Below are positions 23,550 to 35,059 of a DNA stretch of 64,000 nucleotides, in pieces (the first letter of the stretch is position 1; every line of letters starts with the position of its first letter). Below the pieces are notes generated by a model, which searched no databases, was not told the DNA's origin, and saw nothing but the letters and a program-made list of their open reading frames with translations. A program made the translations under genes and the position numbers. This DNA comes from Chrysemys picta bellii (Eukaryota), in the NCBI RefSeq assembly GCF_011386835.1, contig NC_088794.1, positions 22,568,001 through 22,632,000 of the forward strand, given 5' to 3'.

Positions 23550-26500
23550 ATGGGTCGCTTCTCAGCCCGGCTGCTATTGCTGGCACTAACAGGTAAGGAA
23601 CCGAGAGATCGGCCCTCCCCTCCCGTAGACACAGAACATTCCGTTTGCTCTTGCACTCGTAGCACACTGCGCTTGTTTGCTTTTGCACTTATCATTTTGG
23701 CGGGCTGCAAGCAGGCACGGAAATTTGGCACCCAGCTATTTGCAATGACGAGAAATGCTTGGCTTGCTGGGGCTCCATATTTTCCCCCAGTCATTGCATA
23801 TGTTATAGTGGAATGAAAAGCCATAGAGTGGATGTCAGAGAGGGTTTAACCAACCCCAATTTTTGGAAACAGACTTTTCTCATGCTAGAAGGGATTCCTG
23901 TCTCCAAACCAACCTAGGAACTGGGTGCCATGAGTCTGGAGAAAGTAAAAGAGAATGTTCTGTAGGGAACAACCCTGCAAGATGACTCAAGGATTAGATG
24001 ATCAGACCAGTGCCAGTTTACCAGACAGAGCCAGCCTAGCTCCTGATCAGTTGTTCACATGCTAACCTGCAATGAAGATCGGGGGACATAAGCTTCACAG
24101 TGGGGAAGAACATGGGAAGTTGAATGGGAAGGAGGCAGTGGCAATGGATCGAGTCTCACCACAGAAGCTCCTTTACACAGAGATGGGAGCTTGGAGAACC
24201 AGTCACAGCAGCCTGAAGTTGCAGCATTGATGGGCAGGTCATTCTCACCAATATTTTCTTTCCTTGGCAGGGCCATGCCTGGCAAGAGAGGAGCTGGAAT
24301 TGGTGACAGCTGTACAGGGAAGCTCTTTCAGTACAACGTGTTACTACGATAATGACAAGTATTCACTAGAGGAGAAATTCTGGTGCAAGATGCTGTCAGA
24401 CCAGGAATGCAACAGCAGACTCTTTCTGACCATCCGAGCAAAGGGAGGGAAATACCTAAATATTGCACCAAAGAGAAGGGTCGATCTCACAAACTCGGGA
24501 ACAGGCTGGATTTCTGTGTCCATGACGGAGCTCCGGATAGAGGATTCAGGAACATACTTCTGTGGGGTTTACGATCATCAGACAATTATCCTATTGAAAA
24601 AGATTCAATTGATTGTTTCTTATGACGGTGAGCTAAAGACCTGTCATGACCTAGTTGGGACACAAATCAGCTCAAACCAGGATATTCCAAATTAGACTAA
24701 TGCTCCATTCCTATTCCAAAGAAAACACAGGGTCTATAGATGTCAATTCCCCAGTATATGTTATAGAGAGAGATGGTTAAAATAATAACCTTCAATTACA
24801 TATCTAGACATAGAAACACCATGTGTATCATACACATATATGTATGTATTTAGATGTACACTTATCACATATCTATGTAAAAAGAAGAGCTGGTTAGGAA
24901 CATATTTCTCCCCCTCTTCCCCCCAGCCCACCTCACCCCCACCCCCAAATAATTTTAACCAAAAAACCCCAAACAAACATTTTTAGTCTTTTTGTCAAAA
25001 CAATGAAAACCAAAAGGTCTGGGTTGAAAACTCAAAAAAAATCAGTTTTCAATTGTTCAATTAAAACTCTTTTTTTCTTTAAATGAAAATGAACATTTCC
25101 CCCAAATGTCCTATTTATTCAAAAAGCCATTTTGCATCAAAAATTGAACCTTTTAGACAGAAAATCTTTGACCAGCTGGGATAGAACCCCCATGTGATGG
25201 AGAAACCCCACTCCCAATTTGAAGTCCTGGTTACCAGTTGGAATGCACAATAACAAGACTGGGCTTCTTCATTCACACCCTCCCTGTCCTGGTTGAGTGT
25301 TGTTTGTTGTCACTGCTGGTGAAAGGTGCTGCAATGACACCTCTGGACCCTTATCCTTACACACAGGGGAGGCCCAGCGTGGTCAGTTGCAGGGCAAGTT
25401 TCCCCGAGCTACCCCAGCCAAACTACCTCAGCCCTGTCCTGGGTGGTCCCCCATTCTAGAGAGGAGAGAGGAATCCCCACTTCAGGGCTAACTCAGTCCT
25501 CAGCTCCTCGGATGCTAAGACTGCCAGGAGCAGAGGGGCCAGTGGTGAAGGTGCATTTTCAGAGTGGTGGCAGCATTAGCAGATGCTCAGGCTGGTTCAG
25601 GGCTGCCCCGTGGTGATTGATGTGCAGTTTTCCAGTGGTAATTGTGCACAGCCAATCCTAGGAAATATTTTCCTTGGGCTGGAAGAGATTATTTCCATGT
25701 CTTTTGCAAGCTCCTTTTGGGCTGGGGTTTGGTCTGATCCTTTGTCTTCCCATTTAGATGCACGGGGGCATTTATACACCCGCGGGGCTTTTATACACCT
25801 CTCTTTCCTTCCCTTTCTCACAATAACCAGTCACCGGTCTCTCTCTCCAGCTCCCATGAGGCTATCTGCAGAAGAAGGAGGCTTCATCTCCTTAAATTGT
25901 TCCTATTTTTTGATGGACGACAGCAGGATACCTAATAAGTTTACCTGGTGCAAAATGGTAACCGCAACCAGATGTCAACCTGTCGTCAGCATTGAGATTG
26001 ATCAGATTCTTAATATGCGAGAAAGGACCAGGATAAAGCTTGACCGGTGGAACAGAGTGATTATAGTGACGCTGGTGGCGCTCCAGCTACGTGACTCGGG
26101 GGAATATCATTGTCAGACCCATCTCCAGGGAAGTACCGTGCTACTGAAAATGATCACACTGAATGTTTTGGGTGAGTTACTCAAAGAATAGTGGCCTTCT
26201 CTTAAAAGTCAGCAAATTCTCATCCCCTGGTGGATGTGATAGCAGGGCAGAGCTCAGATGGGCTCCTCAGAGCAGGGAAATTGCAGGAGACCCAGAGACA
26301 ACTTCTGAATTTACCTTTTGAGACTTTTGATATTTACTAGTATAAAACAAACTCGGCCAGATCCTCTGCCCACGTAAATCAGAGGGGAATCATTAGTTGT
26401 TATGGACCTACACCAATTTACACCAGCAAAAGAAATGGCCCCAGAACTGATCTGAATGTTGCCCAAATCTCTGACTGAACTCATCCCTTTGTTATAGTTC

Positions 26501-28751
26501 ACAAATATTAAACTTTTCTTTGATCACTTGATAATTACCTGTTCTGTTCATTGCCTCTGGGGCACCTGGCATTGGCCACTGTCAGAAGACAGGACACTGG
26601 GCTAGATGGACCTTTAGTCTGATCCAGTATGTCCGCTCTTATGTTCGATACCCATTTTCATGCCTCTCCACCCTTCCTACTCTGAGCCAGTATAGGACAC
26701 AGAAATACAGGAAATAAATTGGGAGAAGCTATTCCTGTGGTCTTCGTGACTAGACTGAAAATGGAGCCTCACAAGGGATAGCCTGTCCCCGAGACAATTC
26801 CATCCCAATAACCCCGAAGAGGGTCAGATCATAAACTGAGCACTTGGATCCTTATCCAAGGGGACCTTTTCCCATATGTGGCTTATCGGTCCCTGCTCAC
26901 ACGTATTCTCCGGCAGTAGCCATGCTTTCCCTTTTATCTGTCATAGACCCCAGACCTACCAGGTCCATCTCACCGGAGACACTCAGCAATTGGCAAGGTT
27001 GGGTGCCTGGAAACCAATGGTTGTCTAGACTATCCCTCTGGCCATTGCAGGGTTGTTCCTTCTAGTAGATTTTCCAAGGCGTGTGCCATACTAGCTGTAA
27101 ATGTCTCCAGTGAAAAAGTGTAGCCCAATGCGTGGTGTGGGGACGTGGGAATCAGAAGATGTGAGTTCTAGTTCCATAGCTGCTACTCACTTTCTGGTGG
27201 TATCGACACTAAACTTTTTTTGCTCAGATACTACGGTGAGAGGCACCACATAACAACCTGGATAGAACGCACAGGACTTCCGTGAGGGATTATTGGACTA
27301 CACTCCAATAAGCCTCAGGGCTAGCACTCCTCTGGGCGGTAAAGAACTCCTGCATCACACCCTATTGTCACATTCTCACTGTTAACCAACAAGCGATCAC
27401 TCACGATTAGTACGAGAAGGCTCTAAAGCCTCGTCATAATTTCCCATCCCTTCCAGATGTCAAGCAGGCCAGGGCCATGCAGGGGAGGGTCACTCACTCT
27501 TGTGTTTATTTTCAGGAAAAAGTGTGTATTATGATACAGTTAATGAGACTACTTCGCCTCCCACTAACGAGGGGGAAACCGCCCACCCAACTGTGGCCAG
27601 CAACAAGGAGCAGAGGTATGAACATCAAACAAACAAAAGTCTTCAGGGCTGACTTTAGGGTCCCCCGAGGGGATTTTCTGGATCTGCTGCAGATTAAAAG
27701 GGTGGGGTTGTAAAAGACACACACACACCCCATCCTCCGAGTCTCTTACAGGGTTTGATGTAACCCCCTCAAGGCAGTGGAAAGACACAGACTGGCTGGA
27801 CTAGGAGCTGGAGCAGGCCCTTAGTGAGCTCTCTGTTCTTTCCACTCCATAGGAATGACAGATTTCAGAGTAGCAACTGTGTTAGTCTGTATCCGCAAAA
27901 AGAAGAACAGGAGTACTTGTGGCACCTTAGAGACTAACAAATGTATTAGAGCATAAGCTTTCGTGGAGTGGGCTGTAGTCCACGAAAGCTTATACTCTAA
28001 TACATTTGTTAGTCTCTAAGTTGCCACAAGTACTCCTGTTCTTCTTTTTCCATAGGAATGATTCGTTTCCATCAGCTGCCTTTGCCTTCAGATTAAAGCT
28101 CTTGTTTAGGACAACTGTCATCTTTGCAGCCTCCCATGAGTCCCAGCATGTGTGGGCAGGGAGAACGTTAGATAGAGACAGTGATTGTCTTTGTCTTTCT
28201 ATGTTACCAAAATACAAGATTCCAATTAAAAGGTGGAAAACTTCCTTTCCTAGTTAAAGCTAAACTGTTCTATGTGTGGTTTCCCATAACAGCCTTCCTG
28301 AGGCCCATTTCAGTGCACTCCTCTGCATCATTACGGTACTCCTGGTTGCTAAATTCCCGACAGCCGTACTGATCTTTACCATCGCCAGCCATCAGAGGAG
28401 CAGAGCCACGAGGGAGGGGAGCCAAAACCTGAACCAACACCAGCACCTCCCAATCACAGGTGATCTCATGAGCGTTCACATGACAGAATTAACCCCCACT
28501 GGGAGACACTCCACCGTGCTGGGCTACAGATCTAGGGAAACAAGAGGGAAAAGAGCCCTGGGGAACTAGAATAAGCTTCCAGGGCAAACTTTGCTGCTTC
28601 CTAAGGGAGAGGATAAAGGCTGAAGCTAAATGAACGTGTAATGAGCCTGCCATCCGTATGGGAGGTTGTCATCAACTGTCTCCATTTCTGATCTCTCACC
28701 CGCTTTCTAATCTGTGTTCCTCTTCCATTTCCAGTACAAGAGAACAGGTAA
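23550..28751 (+). CDS. Gene A2: two-IgV receptor, activating TM/tail, 5' half resembles gene I (probable chimera), 351 aa
   Basis: Exons: 23550-23592, 24271-24627, 25851-26171, 26947-26997, 27516-27615, 28293-28459 (TM ..VLLVAKFPTAV..), 28735-28751 (VQENR*). GT-AG introns, open frame, 1056 nt. Confidence 0.87.
26522..26646 (+). mobile_element. Short CR1 3' fragment (intron 3 of A2)
   Basis: ggcacctggcattggccactgtcagaagacagg..ctcttatgttc; shared with I, absent from A1 and A3. Confidence 0.7.
27859..28048. mobile_element. Penelope-like terminal-repeat fragment forming a long inverted repeat (intron 5 of A2 only)
   Basis: tttcagagtagc..gttagtctgtatccgcaaaaagaagaacaggagtacttgtggcaccttagagactaacaaatg.. 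followed by its reverse complement; flanked by a direct repeat tccataggaatga (27846-27858, 28049-28061). The family call is from recalled turtle repeats. Confidence 0.7.
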
Positions 28752-31700
28752 CGCTTGGACAGGATGGGAGGAGGAGGAAGAGGATGGACAGAAAAATAAA
28801 GAACTCCAAGAGTCTGTCCGTCCAAACTTCCAACTCCCCCAGGACAAACGCACATACATGTAGCGATGCTGCAGAGATGGGGACAGGATGAGAAAGCTCT
28901 GCTCGGTTTTCCCCAGGCCCCCATGCCGGATAACCTTTGCTTGCTATGCCAGGCTTTGCCTGCAAGGCTAATGGAAAATGCTTCCCTGCAAAAGAAACCA
29001 AAGATGCAGCATTTGGCAGTGCATTTGCCTAGCGCACGAGTGGGACTTTCACTGGCGTATGTTAGCAGCCACAGCGTGTCTCGGGTGCAATCTATAGAGG
29101 GTGCAATGGGCTATATGAATTACTCACCCAGGTGATGCTGAATAAAGGGCATTGTTGTGTCTCATGTGTCTTGTCTTGATTCACTGAAACTCAGTGTTGT
29201 CATGAAAAACTAGCAGTTTTACTAAATGTGTCCAGCCTGGCTGGATGTCTCCAGAAAACCAACTGAATGCTCCCCACGTGTCCAGGGAGATACCTTACCC
29301 AGAGGTGGACCACAATGGGGCAGTAGTGCACTGGATCAGGTAATCTTGGGCCATCTCACTCGAACACTCCCAGTACATAAAACAAGACCAGGAATCCATT
29401 GCAGGGCTGAGTTAGCATTTAACAACACAGAGTGGGAGCAGAGAGATGGGTTAAAACTGTGTTTTATCAGTTATATTCTGCAGCTAGTAACTTGTGACAG
29501 CCGAGGATACCTCTCTGTGTTTCCCCACAAAGCACAGAGATGGTCAGTGCCCTAAGATTCACACTGGGTCTGTAGGAACATAAAACAAATCCTGCTATCA
29601 GGTGTCAGTGGCCCCACCCTGAGAGTTAAAGGAGAATTTTCTCTCTCACCCTATGTATATGCTGCAATCGGATATGTGATTTGTAGTTTGTGCAAACATA
29701 CCCGTGGTCACTTTAATCTGGTTAACACACTAATAATAGCAGTAAACATGTGGCAACATGGATTACAGGGCAGGCTGAAGAAAACTGCCCAGGAATCCTG
29801 GGTATATATTTGCATTGTTAGCCTGCACCGAGGTCTATGCCACGGTGTCTTCACTGCTGTTTTAAGCCATGTTAGCTTGATTAAAGCTAATACATGTGTC
29901 TACCTAAGCTGCAATCACACCTACGATTGCAGTTTAGACACACCCGGAGATTGAGACCTTTCCCAGGGCGATAGAAAGCCTGGTGCTCTGCACCAGGCTC
30001 TGGTTGCCACCTGCTGCAAAGGCCCTCGCTGCTCTGCCATATCAGTGTGTGGCGTTATCCAAGATGGTTATCTGCACAGTCCCCTCCCCAGAGGGCCAGA
30101 GCTAAGAGCCACCAAACTCACATCACCTCAGAGAGCAGCGCACACACAGTGCCAAGGGACAGAAACAATGTTGTCTCTGTTCGGGGGGATTAAGGCCTGT
30201 CATAAGGATCCTCACAAACAATGTACCAGCGTGGGGCAACCCCCTTGGGGATAGTCCCTGTGTCAGAGGATTGGGGCCTATCTTAGAGAGCCTTCTTTCT
30301 ACCAGACCAGGCTTTCCTCTCACGGAATTAGCTCACTCCCTGAGGTAATTCTGTCTGAGCTCTCAAGGAATCCAGGGAAGCAATTTTCAGCAGTTTCATT
30401 TTAAGCCTTCTTAACAAAACAAAACAAAAAACCCTCATCAACTCTTCTCTTATAGTCTGTGCTGGCCAAGGAGTCCCTTCCCCAAGCCTGACCTTCACAC
30501 CAGTAACTCCAGTAACCAACATTTCCTGGCTCTTACCACCGAGTCTCAGCAATAAAGGGCTCCACGCAGTCTCTCTTCTGTCCGTTTGGTTTCTGGCGCA
30601 ATTCCTCTTGTACCATGCTCTGGATCCCACTAGCAGCTGGGATACTGGCTGTTTTGCCCGATGAGTCTGCAGGCATATGGAAGCTGTTACCTGTACTGCC
30701 TCTCACAAATAGGCTGTGAGCTGAGACCCACCAAACTCATGCCACCTCAGAGAGCAGTGCCCGCAGTGCCAGGAAAAAGAGACGGTGCTGTCTGTTTGTA
30801 GCCAATGAGACAAGGCAGGGGAGTGATACCACAATTTGATGCACACACAAAGCATCAAGTGAGCTGAAGACTCACTGTTTGCTGGTACCTGACACAATGT
30901 TTCCTGGTGGTGTCGCTAGGTTCGGACACAATGCGTGCACACCCCAGATAACCAGCTGCAGCCACGTCCTGTCCATTCGGGAGCCTTTGCAGTTTGTGTC
31001 CATGGGCCTCGGGTTTATACGGGAGCAGCACGCGCAGCAAGTGGCCGGCTCAGCCAGGAGACATCCACTTCCTACCCACTAGGTTATGAGACAGACATCT
31101 GCTCCAACACAGACCCAGGGTCTGAATCACTTGCCCCAAAGCTGCAAGTTTACCTGAAAACAGCTCACAGAAGTGTGCTTGTCTTTAGCACTCAGATGCC
31201 CAACTCCCAATGGGGTCTAAACCCAAATAAATCCGTTTTACCCTGCATAAAGCTTATGCAGGGCAAACTCATAAATTGTTCACCCTCTATAACACTGATA
31301 GAGAGATATGCACAGTTGTTTGCTCCCCCAGGTATTAATACATACTCTGAGTAAATTACTAAATAAAAAGTGATTTTATTAAATACAGAAAATAGGATTT
31401 AAGTGGTTCCAAGTAGTAACAGACAGAACAAAGTAAGTCACAAAGCAAAATAAAATAAAATGCGCAAATCGATGCCTAATCAAACTGAATACAGATAATC
31501 TCACCCTCAGAGATGCTTCAGTAAGTTTTTTCTCAGACTGGACATCTTCCAGGCCTGGGCACAATTCTTTCCCCTGGTACAGCTCTTGTTGCAGCTCAGG
31601 TGATAGCTAGGGGATTCTTCATGATTGCTCCTCTTTCCCTTTGTTCTCTTCCACCCCTTTATATATCTTTTGCATAAGGCGGGAACCCTTTGTCCCTCTG

Positions 31701-32699
31701 GGTTTCCACCCCCTCTCCCCCCCACTGGAAAAGCACCAGGTTAAAGATGGATTCCAGTTCAGGTGACATGATCACATGTCACTGCAAGACTTCATTGCTC
31801 ACTTGCCAGCACACACACATACAGGAAGACTAACAGGTAAACACAGCCATCTGCAGACAATGGTCCTTGTTAATGGGAGTCATCAAGATTCCAAACCATC
31901 ATTAATGGCCCACACTTTACATAATTACAATAGGCCCTCAGAGTTATGTTTTATATTTCTAGTTTTAGATACAAAAAGAGTGGTACCTTTCTACAAATAG
32001 GATGCTCACACTCAGTAGATTATGAGCTTTGTAATGATACCTTACAAGAGACCTTTTGCACGAAGCATATCCCAGTTGCATTATATTCACTTATTATCAA
32101 ATTTTTATAAAACTATCCCAGTTAAATTATATTCACTTATTATCATGTTTTTATAAAACCATATAGACTGCACAATGTCACACCATACATTTGGGAACGT
32201 TGGCAACTCTGTCTCACACACACACTAGGGGTGGGCAGGGGAAGGACAGACCCCAAAAACCATATAATCTTTCTATGTAAAATTCATGATTTGGGGACAA
32301 ATCGTGATTTTGTGGGGGCTAACTCATGATTTTTGAGCCTGGCAGTAATGCACATAAAAGCTAGGTACTGTTTTTATTCTCAAAATCACAGCTCATTTCA
32401 CATGGGTTTGAGGTTCTCTGCCTTGCAATCATGGAAGAGGAATCCAGGGCCAGGCTGGGGGCTGTAAGGAGAGAGCGGGGCTCTTTGCTCACAGTCTTTA
32501 GACTCAGGGAGGATGAATCCTGTAGGTTTCCTACCCGCAGCAGCTTGGATCTTTGAGGACCAGAGTTTCAGCACTATTAGCTGAGCAATAGAACAAGAAC
32601 CAGCTGCACAAGACAGAACAATGGGCTCGGAGCCTGGTCACTGCTCAGTGTTGAAAGGTCAGTTGTTTCCTGATTTCACAAGAAACCAGGCTGCAAAAA
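28049..32699 (+). repeat. Duplicated A-type 3' module and flank joined to B-type downstream flank
   Basis: 28049-30609 matches about 7094-9641; 30608-32699 matches about 19536-21945, with an internal deletion near 31097. Confidence 0.85.
31098..32182. mobile_element. 5'-deleted copy of the ccata solo LTR
   Basis: Matches 20329-21425 and ends gtcaca|ccata; the 5' end and left TSD are deleted. Confidence 0.8.
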
Positions 32700-32704
32700 C
32701 AGTG

Positions 32705-33450
32705 TGTCATAACTATAAAGGGAAGGGTAACAGCTCTCCTGTGTACAGTACTATAACATCCCTCCTGGCCAGAGACTCCAAAATCCTTTTACCTGTAAAG
32801 GGTTAAGAAGCTCAGGTAACCTGGCTGACACCTGACCCAAAGGACCAATAAGGGGACAAGATACTTTCAAATCTTTGGGGGGGGGGAGGAGGGAAGGCTT
32901 TTGTTTGTGCTCTTTGTTTGGGAAGTTATTCGCTCTTGGGACTAAGAGGGACCAGACATCAATCCAGGCTCTCCACATCTTTCTGAACAAGTCTCTCCTA
33001 TTTCAAACTTGTAAGTAAACAGCCAGGCAAGGCGTCTTAGTTTACCTTTGTTTTCTCAACTTGTAAATGTACCTTTTACTAGGGTGTTTACCTCTGTTTG
33101 CTGTAACTTTGAACCTAACGCTAGTGGGGGGTCCTCTGGGCTCCTTAAGTTTGATTACCCTGTAAAGTTATTTTCCATCCTGATTTTACAGAGATGATTT
33201 TTACCTTTTCTTTAATTAAAAGCCTTCTTTTTAAGAACCTGATTGATTTTCCTTGTTTTTAGATCCAAGGGGTTTGGATCTGTATTCACCAGGGAATTGG
33301 TGAAGAGTCTCTCAAGGCTACCCAGGGAAGGGAATTAGCATCAAGCGTGGTGGCAGCGGACCAGATCTAAGCTGGTCGTTAAGCTTAGAAGTTTCATGCA
33401 GGCCCCCACATTTGTACCCTAAAGTTCAAAGTGGGGAAGCAGCCTTGACA
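32705..33450. mobile_element. Solo LTR (Gypsy/ERV-like), 746 bp
   Basis: Termini TGTCAtaac...ttgaCA (inverted tgtca/tgaca), flanks cagtg/taggg. Absent at the homologous sites before A2 (about 21942) and I (about 54153), which read ctgcaaaaa|tagggtaacc. Confidence 0.8.
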
Positions 33451-33717
33451 TAGGGTAACCCAGCTGTGGTTTTTTTTCCACTCTCTTATTGCGGTGTCAT
33501 CCGCATGCGAGTTTGACTCATCACTGGCCCCAAAGCAAAGCTGATCCTGGCCATCCTGGGAGAGGATCTCGTTACACAATGCAAAACACTGACACCAGCA
33601 AGAACTCACCCCCAGAATGCTGCACCCGAATGGCCAAACCCAGTACCAGCAGCAATGCTCTCCTTTCCCCCGCACTGGTTGTAAACCCAAGGCAGAGCCA
33701 AACAAAACTGACTTACA

Positions 33718-33991
33718 GGGCTTGTCTACGCACACAATTGGTTTGTGGCAAGTTGAGGTGTGAGCGTACGCTGTACTAGCCTGCCGCGGACTAACTGCCC
33801 ACGTGACCCTGCTGACGCTGACTAACAGTTCGTCAATCCACTGTGATCTACTCCTCTTTGAAACAGGATTAGATCAAAACACACTGACGAACCGTTCATG
33901 CGCATCGGCGGGTGCACAGGCACTAACCGTGCGGGCTAGTGTGGGTCTCACACCAGCTTGCTGCCAACTAAATATTTGTGTAGACAAGCCC
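33718..33991. mobile_element. PIF/Harbinger-type MITE upstream of A3
   Basis: Paralogous copy of 716-989. Confidence 0.78.
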
Positions 33992-35059
33992 ATACTCCCC
34001 CCCCCACCCCCCACCCCACACACACACACCATGAAGACTATAGCTGGTTTTCCCATCCCGTGAAAAATGTCAAGATTTCAAAATGTTTCCCCTACCACAC
34101 TGGGATGAAACCGAGTCCTTTTGAAGTTTTTTTGTGAAACACCCAATAGGAAGAAGATCAGAATAACCAATAGCCCAGGAGTTATGGCAGTCATCTCAGT
34201 TCTGAGTGCCCAGTGCGCTGTTCCAATGAACAGGTCATTATTTAAACAAAGTTGGAACAGCTTCAACAGGAGAGATTGAGAGAGACGCATCCCAGAACAG
34301 CCAATAGGACTGGATGGATCAGCTGAGCCAAGCCATGCATTCCAATCTCCCACATGGAGGCGAACCAACATGATCCCGCTTCCCTTTCCTCAGCACTGTA
34401 ATCCTCCTCCTTGTTGTATGGCTTTAAACAAAAATATCCTCTCCGGGTCAACATCCCAAACACAGAGCTAGAGGATGACACAAGGGACCCTGATGGGAAG
34501 CAACTTGGGGCATGTTCTACTAAGGAGATGGCATGGCCTAATGGATTGGGCACTAGCCTCAGACTCAGGAAACCCGTGTTCTGCTCCCATCTCTGACCAG
34601 CTGTGTAACACCAGGCAAAGGAATTGCCCATCTCTGTTTTCCTAGCAGGACAATGTAGCTATGGCTAAGTCCCCCCTTTATAAAGGGCTTTGAGATCTAG
34701 GGATACAAAACTAAAAGCTGTTCATGTACTATACACCAAGGCTTCAAATGTCATTAAAAATAGAACATCTGCTAATCTCTCTTTTTTCCCCTCACTCCCC
34801 ATTTCCAAAAGCAGATATCTAAACATGTGCTAAAATGAGCAGCAGCTGATAGCCAAAATGCAGGCTTCCTGTGTGAAGGCTCAGATTAGGACTGTGGTAG
34901 AAGCATCTTTCCAACAATTGCAAACGATACTGTCACTCTGGAGCATGACGACACAGCCAGTGACAAAGGGAGTTCATTGCCGACCCATATTGACAGCAAC
35001 AAAGAAGCCTCAATGCTGCATTCCACCTCTCCAAGATCTAAACCACTTCCCATTACAGG

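Larger units (their letters stand above)
1..27856 (+). repeat. Segmental duplication copy 1 (A1-B1-A2 5' part)
   Basis: Colinear near-identity with 33082-60056. The ORF track recurs at an offset of about 33.0 kb (e.g. 392/33394, 10801/43858). Confidence 0.93.
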
